A stretch of 64,000 nucleotides of DNA, taken from positions 47,740-111,739 of the forward strand of contig CAVUDH010000007.1 of the NCBI GenBank assembly GCA_963740185.1, given 5' to 3'. The notes below the pieces were generated by a model that did no database searches, was not told where the DNA came from, and worked only from the letters and a program-made list of their open reading frames with translations. The DNA comes from an uncultured Verrucomicrobiae bacterium (GTDB taxonomy: Bacteria; Verrucomicrobiota; Verrucomicrobiia; Chthoniobacterales; JAATET01). The translations under genes and the position numbers were made by a program. The first letter of the stretch is position 1. Each line of letters starts with the position of its first letter. Positions 23,345 through 32,259 of the stretch are shown here, piece after piece.

Positions 23345-23930
23345 GGCTGAATCAGGAGCAGGAGGCCGCGCGCGAACAGTTCGATCGACAGAGCGACCGT
23401 TACGGGCGGTCTCACGTGCTGGCAGACGTCGGTGATCTCGATGAGACCGTGGCCGGGGTGGATTTCCCGGAGTGAACCGGGCTGCGGGCTCTCGATGTGG
23501 CGACCGGCGGTGGGCACACGGCGCTATGGCTGGTGCGTCGGGGTTTCGAGGTGGCCATCGGGGACGTGTCGGAGCGGATGCTGGAAAATGCCACCGAGCT
23601 CCTGGCCTCCGAGAACTTTCGGTGCGGGGCGAAATCTCACGTGGCGGAGGAATTGCCATACCCGGGCGGAATCGGTTGCCTCGCTCCCGCGCCGCGCTGC
23701 AAGGTGTTGCGAGGCCGGAACCTTCCTCCGGAAACCGCGGACATCGTTCCACTGGTCCGGAACATCACGACATCGACGCGGTGCGGAAGAGCAAGGCGGA
23801 GATGCGGATTTTGAACAGAAGATAGGGAAGGTAACGAACGGGAGGGAGTTGCGGGTGGCTGGCGGCGAGCACCGGCGGCTGGGAAGCCGCGGGGGACACT
23901 GCACCGGCTCTGCGGGGCTTGAGCCAATTT
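23341..23930 (+). pseudogene. Class I SAM-dependent methyltransferase remnant (in-frame TGA, then degenerate or frameshifted 3' half)
   Basis: MRLNQEQEAAREQFDRQSDRYGRSHVL...DFPE-TGA(23473-23475)-TGLRALDVATGGGHTALWLVRRGFEVAIGDVSERMLENA (motif I). Beyond about 23660 no frame keeps a methyltransferase-like sequence. The 3' limit is approximate. Confidence 0.65.
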
Positions 23931-24042
23931 TTCCGAATTTCACATGGGCAGCGGCCCAGGATCTTCGTAGAAAGCCTCCATATCGGAATGATGTTGTGTC
24001 CCCAAGCGAAATGGTTTTTCAGAATGTCATCCCGGCTTCGGA

Positions 24043-26881
24043 ATGCCTCGGTTCGATAATCCGATGGCGTCGCATCTGAATCCTGAGCAAAGGGCCCGCG
24101 AGCACATCGATGCGATGCTTCGCGATTGCGGTTGGTCCGTTCAGAGCATCGACGAACTGAACCTCCACGCTTCGCTTGGCGTCGCCGTCCGCGAGATGCA
24201 ATCCCAAGGTGGTCCGGCCGACTACATTCTTTTCGTTCAGGGCAAGGCCCTGGGCATCGTCGAGGCGAAGAAAGAAGGCACCACGCTCTCCGGAGTGGCC
24301 GAGCAGAGCGCCCGCTACTCCCACGCCAGGAAATGGATGCCCCAGCGCTGGGCGGATCCGCTGCCCTTCACCTACGAGACCACCGGCGTCGAAACCAACT
24401 TCCGCGACCAGCGCGATCCCGACTCCCGTTCGCGCCCCGTCTTCGCCTTCCACACCCCGGAGCACCTGCTCGCACTCGTTCAACAACCCGACACGCTGCG
24501 GAAAAAACTTCGCCACCTCGCGTTTGCCGATCCACTGATCGAAACCGGACTCCGCGAGTGCCAGATCGACGCCGTCACCCAGCTCGAGCGCTCCCTCGCC
24601 GCCAACCGCCCACGCGCCCTCATCCAGATGGCCACCGGCTCCGGCAAGACCTTCACCGCCGTCACCCAGGCCTACCGCCTCATTAAGCACGCTGGAGCCA
24701 AGCGCATCCTCTTCCTCGTCGACCGCGGCAACCTCGGTCGTCAGACCGTCCGGGAGTTCCAGAACTACGTCACCCCCGACGACGGCCGCAGCTTCACCGA
24801 CCTCTACAACGTCCAGATGCTCGGCCCCGGCGGCATCGATCCCGTCTGCAAGGTTACCGTCTCCACCATCCAGCGCCTCTACTCCCAGCTCTCCGGCAAA
24901 GAGGACCTCGATGACGAGGCCGACGAGCACTCCGGTTACGAGATGGGTGGGGCAGGGGACAAGGACCCGCTCGAAGTCCGCTACAATCCCAAGATCCCCA
25001 TCGAGTCCTTCGACTTCGTCATCGTCGACGAATGCCACCGCTCCATCTACAATCTCTGGCGGCAGGTCCTCGACTACTTCGACGCCTTCCTCATCGGCCT
25101 CACCGCCACTCCCAGCAAAGCCACCCTCGGATTCTTCGACCGCAACCTCGTCACCGAATACCCCTACGTCCAGGCCGTCGCCGATGGCGTCAACGTCGGC
25201 TACGACATCTACCGAATAAAGACCGAAGTCTCCGAGAAAGGCGTCACCGTCAAGGCCGGCCACGACTACCAGAAGCGCGACCGCCTCACCCGCGCCAAGC
25301 GGTGGGAAATCCAGGAAGCCGAGGAAACCTATCAGAAAACCCAGCTCGACCGCTCCGTCGTCGTCCCCGATCAGCTCCGCACCGTCATCCGCACCTTCCG
25401 GGAAAAACTCTTCACCGAGATCTTCCCCGACCGGGCCGTGGCGGCCCGCCGGATGGGGCTGGACGCCCCGTGGGTTCCGAAAACGTTAATCTTCGCCAAG
25501 GACGACAGCCACGCCGAGGACATCGTCGACATCGTCCGTAAGGAGTTCGGCAAAGGAAACGACTTCTGCAAAAAGGTCACCTACCGGGCCAGCGGGAAAT
25601 CCGAGGACATCATCAAGGCCTTCCGCACCGCCCCCGAGTTCCGCATCGCCGTCACCGTCGACATGATCGCCACCGGCACCGACATCAAGCCCCTCGAGTG
25701 CCTGCTCTTCCTGCGCGATGTCCGCTCCCAGCTCTACTTCGAGCAGATGAAAGGGCGGGGGACCCGCACCATCGATCCCGACGCCCTCGCCAGCGTCACG
25801 CCCGATGCCGGAGGAAAAACCCGCTTCGTCCTCGTCGATGCCGTCGGCGTCACCGAGTCCGACAAGACCGACTCCCGCCCGATGGAGAGCAAGCCCACCG
25901 TCGCTTTCGACAAGCTCCTGCTCGGCATCGCCATGGGCGCGCGCGACGAGGCCACCCTCACCACCGTCGCCAGCCGCCTCGCACGCCTCGACCGCAGGCT
26001 CAGCAATTCCGACCGCGAGGAAATCTCCAATGTCTCCGGCGGCCCCTCCGTCAAACAGATCGCCGCCGCCCTCATCAAGGCCACCGACCCCGACGAGATC
26101 AAAGCCAAGGCCCAGACCACCACTGCCGGAGGCGAACCCACCGCCGCCGAACTCAAGACCGCCGCCGACAGTCCTCGCCGCCGAAGCCGCCAAGCCGCTC
26201 GCCTCCAAACCCGCCCTCCGCGATCTGCTCGAAGCCAAACGCCGCAAGACCGATGTCACCATCGACCACCGCACCGGAGACGAGCTCATCAGCGCCGGCT
26301 ACGACGAGGAAAAAGCCCGCCAGCTCGTCACCTCCTGGAAACAATTCCTCGACGACAACCAGGACGAAATCACCGCGCTCCAGATCCTCTACAACAAACC
26401 CCACGCCAAGCGGCACCTCGTTTACGAAGAACTCAAGACCCTCGCCGAAGCCGTCGCCCGGCCGCCCTACCACATCGCCCCTGCCGAAGTCTGGTCCGCC
26501 TACGAGCATCTGGAGAAACGCCCGCTCACCCGGAACCCCGTCAAGATCCTCACGAACTTGATCACCCTCGTCCGCCACACCGTCGATCCCGAGGCCACCC
26601 CGCTCGCGCCCTTCCCCGATCTCGTCGAACGCCGCTACCAGCAATGGCTCGCCCAGCACGGCGACCGCTTCACCGACGCCCAACGCCACTGGCTCGATGT
26701 CATCAAAAACTACGTCGCCCTCAACGGAGCCTTCGCCACCGACGACCCCACCGCCTACCTCGACGCCTGGCAAAGCGTCGACTCGGATGAGGGCGTCCCG
26801 CTCGCCGTCGCCAACCGCGTCTTCGGCAAGGATGCCCTGAAGCCGGTCATCGAAGAGCTCAACGAGGTGTTGGTGGCGTAG
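24043..26881 (+). CDS. hsdR: Type I restriction enzyme R subunit (HsdR), one extra base at about 26168
   Basis: N-terminal nuclease-type region (PADYILFVQGKALGIVEAKKEG), helicase motif I MATGSGKTFTAV, motif II VIVDECHRS, and a C-terminal EcoEI_R_C-like tail. ORFs 24043-26790 and 25805-26881 join at ELKTAAD|VLAAEAAKPL. The 2839-nt span equals 946 codons plus 1 nt. Confidence 0.92.
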
Positions 26882-26910
26882 TGAGAGATTTAATTAACCT
26901 CGTCGACTAG

Positions 26911-26958
26911 TTAAAATATATGGATATTTTTTAAATAGCGCTCCACTCTATTTAAAAA
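26911..26958. promoter_or_regulatory. AT-rich spacer with two inverted repeats upstream of fic (putative promoter/operator)
   Basis: IR1 is aaaatat-atgg-atatttt (26913-26930). IR2 is tttaaatag-cgctccact-ctatttaaa (26930-26956, perfect 9-bp arms). Both lie in a 98-bp AT-rich gap inside an otherwise GC-rich locus. Confidence 0.5.
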
Positions 26959-26979
26959 TCTGTTCTCTTCTTTGTATCC

Positions 26980-28110
26980 GTGAAAAATTATCAGGCTGGC
27001 ACTTGGCAGAAGCAGTTGGGTTACCAGAGCTTCCAGCCATCGCTCACCAATCGCCCCTGGACGATCGACGATTCGCGGGTGCTCGAGTCCTTGAGCAAGG
27101 CCGATCGCCAGTTGGGACGGCTCGACATGTTTTCCGAATACGTGCCCAATCTGGATTTGTTCGTGCGCATGCACGTGACCAAGGAGGCGACGGAATCCAG
27201 CCGCATCGAGGATACCCGCACCGAGATGGAGGAAGTGGTTCTCCCCGAAGAGGAGATTCAGGAGGAGCGGCGCGACGATTGGCGGGAGGTGAACAACTAC
27301 ATCCGCGGGATGCGCACCGCCGTGGAGCAATTGGACGCCCTCCCGTTCTCCGACCGTCTTTTGCGTGAAGCCCACGCCACGCTCATGGACGGAGTTTGTG
27401 GTGAACACAAAATCCCCGGCGAGTTCCGCCGTAGCCAGAATTGGATCGGCGGATCCAATCCCGGCAACGCCCGCTTCGTCCCACCCGCGGCCGAGGATGT
27501 CCCTGCGCTCATGAGCGATCTCGAGCAATTCGCCCACAATCCCGAGCTTCACCTCCCGCCTCTCGTCCGGGTCGCCCTCATGCACTACCAATTCGAGACC
27601 ATTCACCCCTTTCTCGATGGCAACGGGCGGATCGGACGCCTCATGGTCCCGCTCTACCTCGTCACCCAGGGCATTCTCAAGGCCCCCGTGCTCTACCTTT
27701 CCGACTACCTCGAGCGCAACCGCGACGAATACTACGACCGCCTCACCCGCGTGCGTGAGCACAACGCCATCGACGAGTGGCTCATCTTCTTCCTCGACGG
27801 TCTTTCCGAAACCGCCGCCCACGGCGTGGGCACATTTAACGAAATTCTCCGCTTCAAGGCCCATTGGGAGAAAGAAATCGCCACCTGGAAGCCCCAGGGC
27901 CGCTCCGGCCTCGCCCTCCTCGAACACCTCTTCGGACAAGTCTGGGTCAACGCCAGGATGGTCGCCGAGGCCGCCGGCGTCTCCCAACCCACCGCCTACA
28001 AGCTCATCGACCGCTTCGTCCAACACGGCCTCCTCACCGAGATCACCGGCGCCAAGCGCGACCGCCTTTTCCGCTTCGACGCCTACCTCAAACTCTACCG
28101 CCGGCGATGA
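26980..28110 (+). CDS. Fic family protein (Fic_N + Fic core + C-terminal wHTH)
   Basis: Canonical active-site motif HPFLDGNGRIGR, an N-terminal ATESSRIEDT helix (Fic_N-type inhibitory motif region) and a C-terminal VSQPTAYKLIDRFVQHGLL winged-helix-like segment. GTG start. Confidence 0.9.
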   Translation: MKNYQAGTWQKQLGYQSFQPSLTNRPWTIDDSRVLESLSKADRQLGRLDMFSEYVPNLDLFVRMHVTKEATESSRIEDTRTEMEEVVLPEEEIQEERRDDWREVNNYIRGMRTAVEQLDALPFSDRLLREAHATLMDGVCGEHKIPGEFRRSQNWIGGSNPGNARFVPPAAEDVPALMSDLEQFAHNPELHLPPLVRVALMHYQFETIHPFLDGNGRIGRLMVPLYLVTQGILKAPVLYLSDYLERNRDEYYDRLTRVREHNAIDEWLIFFLDGLSETAAHGVGTFNEILRFKAHWEKEIATWKPQGRSGLALLEHLFGQVWVNARMVAEAAGVSQPTAYKLIDRFVQHGLLTEITGAKRDRLFRFDAYLKLYRRR

Positions 28111-28208
28111 GCGATCCCGTCCGCCAACGCGCTGTAGCTAAACGTGTCTTCAGTAGAGATGCCCTGAAGCCGAACATTGACGAACTCAACGAGGTGTTGG
28201 TGGCATGA
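28107..28208 (+). pseudogene. 33-codon relic of a second hsdR 3' end
   Basis: MSDPVRQRAVAKRVFSRDALKPNIDELNEVLVA. Its last 25 codons (28134-28208) match the hsdR end at 26807-26881 at 60 of 75 nt by hand alignment. Its ATG overlaps the fic stop and its stop overlaps the hsdS ATG. Confidence 0.7.
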
Positions 28209-29830
28209 GTGAAGTCCCGAAAACTGGGAGGAAACTTCCTTCGGCGAGGTTGTTCGTTGTTGCGACAACGTACACAAGGAACGTACCGAGGAAGCAGTAT
28301 GCGACGAAGCGGCGAATTCCCTGTCGTTGACCAAGGCCGAGAGTCATAGGTGGCTACTCTGATGACGCCGATCGCGTCGTTGAGGAAGACCTTCCCTTAA
28401 TCATCTTTGGCGATCACACACGCATCTTTAAGTTTCTGAATCGACCGTTCGTTCCAGGCGCCGACGAGAGTGAAAGTTTGAAGCCCGGGAGTTGATGAGA
28501 AGTGGCTTTACCACATCGCGCACGCTCATGAATTCCCGGATAAAGGATACGCTCGGCACTTTCAGCATCTTAAAAAGGCGCGAAGTTTAGTCCCACCCCT
28601 CCCCGAACAACGCCGCATCGTGACTCGGATTGAGGAACTCTTTTCGCGGCTCGACGCCGGCGTCGCCGCCTTGCGCCACGCCAAAGCCCAACTCCAACGC
28701 TACCGCCAATCCGTCCTCGCCGCCGCCGTCACCGGCCAACTCACCCAAGCCTGGCGCGAACAACACCCCGACACCGAACCCGCCGAAGAACTGCTCGAGC
28801 GGATTCTCGAACGCTCGCGCTGTATTTTTTGAATCCGAAAGCGAGAACTCGGAAGTGAAACGACATGTAACTAAACACAAACGGCATAAGTTCACGGAAC
28901 CCGAGAATTGGAGCATGCCGCCAACGTGGAAATTCGCGAGCGGACTCTGACGAGTTGTCAATTTGTCGTAGACTGCCACAATAAGACGCCGCCATACGAG
29001 GAATCAGGAATTCCGTTGATCCGCACAACCAATGTCCGAAACGGAAAGTTGACTTGGACGAAGATGAAGTTTGTGACCGAGAAGACAGCGGCGCATTGGT
29101 CGCAGCGTTGCCCACCCGAGGGCAGAGGATATCCTGTTTACTAGGGAAGCGCAGGCTGGCGAGGCCAGCGATCATTCCAGAGGGCTCTCGGCTGTGCATG
29201 GGGCAACGAATGATGCTGTTTAGGACGTTTCACGAGCTAGTCCTTCCCTCATACCTACTCACGGTCATTCGCTCTCATAATTTCCAAGCGCAATATCTCG
29301 ACAAACAGGTCGGGGGCGGCGTCCAACACCTTCGAGTAGGTGATGTGGAGTCCCTAGCGCTTCCAGTTCCACCCATCGCCGAACAACACCAAATAGTTGC
29401 CGAAATTGCAGCCCGAACCATCGCCATCGACAACCTCGGAGCCGAACTGGAACGCAGATCAGTTCGTTCAGATCGCCTGCGCCAATCAACGCTAGCCTCG
29501 GCATTTTCTGGAGAATTAATTCCACAAGACCCATCAGACGAACCCGCGAAGGCTCTTCTCAGGCGAATTCAAACGAGAAAAATAAATATGCCCCAAAAGA
29601 AGACACCAAGGAAAAATGTAGCAAAAAAGCGGGCGACAGCAGTTCGCAACAAAGACGAATTAGTTACACTTCTAGACAGCCTCGGAGGCTCGGTGAGCCC
29701 TGAGCGTCTTCTGGTCGAATCAAAACTCGAAAATAACATCGATGCGTTCTTTGAATTAGTGAGGGATGCGTGTGTTGATAGACTCATTAATGCGCCGATC
29801 GGCGAGTTTGGCGAAATCTCCCTACATTAA
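28205..29830 (+). pseudogene. hsdS: Type I R-M specificity subunit HsdS, broken by about 8 frame shifts
   Basis: Recognisable pieces lie in alternating frames: PENWEETSFGEVV, GEFPVVDQGRES, GGYSDDADRVVEEDLPLIIFGDHTRIFKF, VDEKWLYHIAH...PPLPEQRRIVTRIEELFSRLDAGVAALRHAKAQLQRYRQSVLAAAVTGQL (central conserved region), FVVDCHNKTPPYEESGIPLIRTTNV, EDILFTREAQAGEA, AIIPEGSRLCMGQRMMLFR...LPVPPIAEQHQIVAEI...LASAFSGELI. Confidence 0.85.
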
Positions 29831-29836
29831 ACCTAA

Positions 29837-31384
29837 ATGCGAATAGACAAATTCAGCATAAAAAGCGCGTGGAAGAACCTCGAAGGTTTCTCTATTGATT
29901 TCGATGAGTCGAGAGATATCGCTGTCTTGATCGGTCGAAACGGCACCGCAAAAAGCAACCTGCTTGAAGCGTTATTGTGGATCTTCAGCAGAATCGATCT
30001 CGGTAAGCCGGCTCCTTTCTCCTATGAAATCACATATCAATTTTCTGAGGCGTCAGTGGAATTGACTGCATCCGCAGGGCGCCAGCCCGGTGCGAAACTG
30101 AATGGGGAAACGGCGAAGCTGGACGAGATTCGCGCCGAGTATACGCCACGCCACGTAGTTGGATACTATTCGGGCGTGAGTGATCGTTTCCACGAGATTT
30201 TTCTTGAACATGACTTACAAGCTCGAAATCAAACGTTGATAGAGCACAAGCAGGACGCTGATCCAACCACTTTGGCATTTCGCCGGTTCATCTGCGCTCG
30301 CCCTGTCCACGGGTTGTTCGCTCTCCTGTCATTCTATTTTTCAAAGGATCAAAAAGTCCAAGAGTTCCTGAAGGACTTTACGCGTATAACTGCCTTTGAT
30401 TCTGCACTACTGATAGTGAGAAAGCCCCAATGGGCACGCAAAGGAAACGACGCAGATCAGTTCTGGGGCGCGAAGGGTCCGGTGCGCGACCTTTTGGAAC
30501 GGTTTAAGAGGCACTGCTTGGCGCCGTTTTACCGAAGCGTTCGACTAAAAACAGATTTCGCTCGGACAGAGACCCGCGAGCTGATGTATCTGTTTATTCC
30601 CAGCATTGAGGCGCTTAACGCGCTTGCCGATGAGTATGATGGGGATCCTCAAGCGCTCTTTCAGGCGCTCGACACCATGCGGCTCAGCGAGTTGATTGAG
30701 GATTTTAGAGTCAGGGTTCGGGTCGAAGGGTCTTCCGGAGCAATTCACACTCGGCAACTCAGTGAAGGAGAACAGCAGCTTCTCACCGTCTTAGGGCTAA
30801 TGCGATTTACTCGCGACAAGGGTTCGTTGTATTTCTTGGATGAACCTGATACCCACCTGAACCCTGCGTGGACAGTGCAATATCTCGACCTTCTTCGGGA
30901 CATTGGAGGGATCGAACGTAATAGCCACACGTTCATCGCTACTCATGACCCGTTATTGGTTTCTGGCCTTCTCAAAGAAGAACTCCGCGTTTTGCACCGA
31001 TCTAAAGACGGAAAGATAGGTGCATCAGCTCCTGAAGAAAACCCCAGAGGAACGGGAGTCGCTGGGGTGCTTACAAGCGAGCTATACGGACTGGAGAGCC
31101 AGTTGGACCCATTCAGCATGCGTGTCCTAAAGAGAATCTACGAGGTCTCCGAAGACGAGGATCTTGAGCGGAGAAAACGCCACCTTAAGAGATTGGGAAA
31201 ACTTCTTCCCGCAATCGAAACATCAGAGACCTCTCCGGATCCATATCGAAACATTGCGCGTGACGCTTACGAACTAGCCCAAGACCTGACTCTTGATACA
31301 GGTATCCCGACGGACAGAAAACTGGTCATCATTGAGAAGCTTGCGCAGCAGCTTTTTGAAAACGCAAAGGAGGATTCCGAATGA
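29837..31384 (+). CDS. ABC/SMC-like AAA ATPase (Septu PtuA-like, restriction-system-associated)
   Basis: 515 aa. Walker A variant GRNGTAKSN, ABC signature LSEGEQQLL, Walker B LYFLDEPDTHLNP, H-loop IATHDP, with about 260 aa inserted between Walker A and the signature. Starts 6 nt after hsdS. Its stop overlaps the next ATG. Confidence 0.8.
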   Translation: MRIDKFSIKSAWKNLEGFSIDFDESRDIAVLIGRNGTAKSNLLEALLWIFSRIDLGKPAPFSYEITYQFSEASVELTASAGRQPGAKLNGETAKLDEIRAEYTPRHVVGYYSGVSDRFHEIFLEHDLQARNQTLIEHKQDADPTTLAFRRFICARPVHGLFALLSFYFSKDQKVQEFLKDFTRITAFDSALLIVRKPQWARKGNDADQFWGAKGPVRDLLERFKRHCLAPFYRSVRLKTDFARTETRELMYLFIPSIEALNALADEYDGDPQALFQALDTMRLSELIEDFRVRVRVEGSSGAIHTRQLSEGEQQLLTVLGLMRFTRDKGSLYFLDEPDTHLNPAWTVQYLDLLRDIGGIERNSHTFIATHDPLLVSGLLKEELRVLHRSKDGKIGASAPEENPRGTGVAGVLTSELYGLESQLDPFSMRVLKRIYEVSEDEDLERRKRHLKRLGKLLPAIETSETSPDPYRNIARDAYELAQDLTLDTGIPTDRKLVIIEKLAQQLFENAKEDSE

Positions 31385-32259
31385 TTTTCATCAATCCCGA
31401 ATCTATCGCGCTGCGTGAAGAGAGAATCGAAGCCTTGGAAGCTCTCACGCTAGAGCTTTGTGGCAAACAACCCGATGAGAGAACCGCGTATATTGATTCA
31501 AAGAGACTGCAATCCTGGGCTCACGCTGACATTCTCAATGCCCTACGAGCCTCGGCTGGAAACAAGTGCTGGTATTCGGAAGTTCTTCTCGAAGGAGAAG
31601 ATCCAAACGTTGACCACTTTTGCCCTAAAGGGCGAGTAAAGGAAGTGGACCAGAATTTGGAAGCAACTGGAGCCGAATCCACAGGTTATTGGTGGCTAGC
31701 ATTTGAATACAGGAATTACCGTCTTGCTTGTGTTCACTCTAATCAGCGGAGGGTTGATAAAGACACCGAAGGTGGAAAGTGGGACTTTTTTCCTATCAGG
31801 AATGGCAGGGCGCCTGAGAGAACAGAATGGGCTGCTATCAGAGCGCAAGAAGCTCCTCTACCGCTCGACCCTTGTTCGCGCTCTGATGCGAAATTGTTGT
31901 GCTTTGATTCGGACGGAGTGCCATGTGCATCAGAGCGAGCGAGCGCCCGCGATAAAGAGCGTGTTCGAGTATCGATCTGGCTCTACCACTTAAAGAAGAG
32001 GGAGTTGCAGAAGAGGCGCCGAGACTTCGTCCAAAGCTTCCAAAAGGATATTCGGAAAGCGACCACCTTGTATAAACTTTGGGCTCCAGATTCAGCACGC
32101 GAGAACCTACAAGCTAAGGAGCAGTTCGACACAAAGGTTGCCGAAATTCTTCGGGACATCTCCGACTCTGCAGTCTTCGCAGGGGCAAAGCGCGGCGCAA
32201 TCCGGCTCGCTATGGCGAAGCAAGAAAACTCGTGGATAGCCGATTACATCACATTATGA
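31381..32259 (+). CDS. HNH-like nuclease partner (PtuB / TIGR02646-like) with Cys-to-Ser substitutions
   Basis: 292 aa. KCWYSE...PNVDHFCPKG...WWLAFEYRNYRLACVHSNQRR follows the CxxC...DHxxP...N...CxxCNxxK pattern of ATPase-linked HNH proteins, but both CxxC pairs read CxxS. ATGA overlaps at both ends. Confidence 0.65.
   Translation: MIFINPESIALREERIEALEALTLELCGKQPDERTAYIDSKRLQSWAHADILNALRASAGNKCWYSEVLLEGEDPNVDHFCPKGRVKEVDQNLEATGAESTGYWWLAFEYRNYRLACVHSNQRRVDKDTEGGKWDFFPIRNGRAPERTEWAAIRAQEAPLPLDPCSRSDAKLLCFDSDGVPCASERASARDKERVRVSIWLYHLKKRELQKRRRDFVQSFQKDIRKATTLYKLWAPDSARENLQAKEQFDTKVAEILRDISDSAVFAGAKRGAIRLAMAKQENSWIADYITL

Noticed and set aside
23473-23475. In-frame TGA in the methyltransferase gene read as selenocysteine or recoding.
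   Set aside because: The position is not a catalytic Cys site in this family. I saw no SECIS-like hairpin immediately downstream, and the gene also loses similarity further 3'. A pseudogene is the simpler reading.
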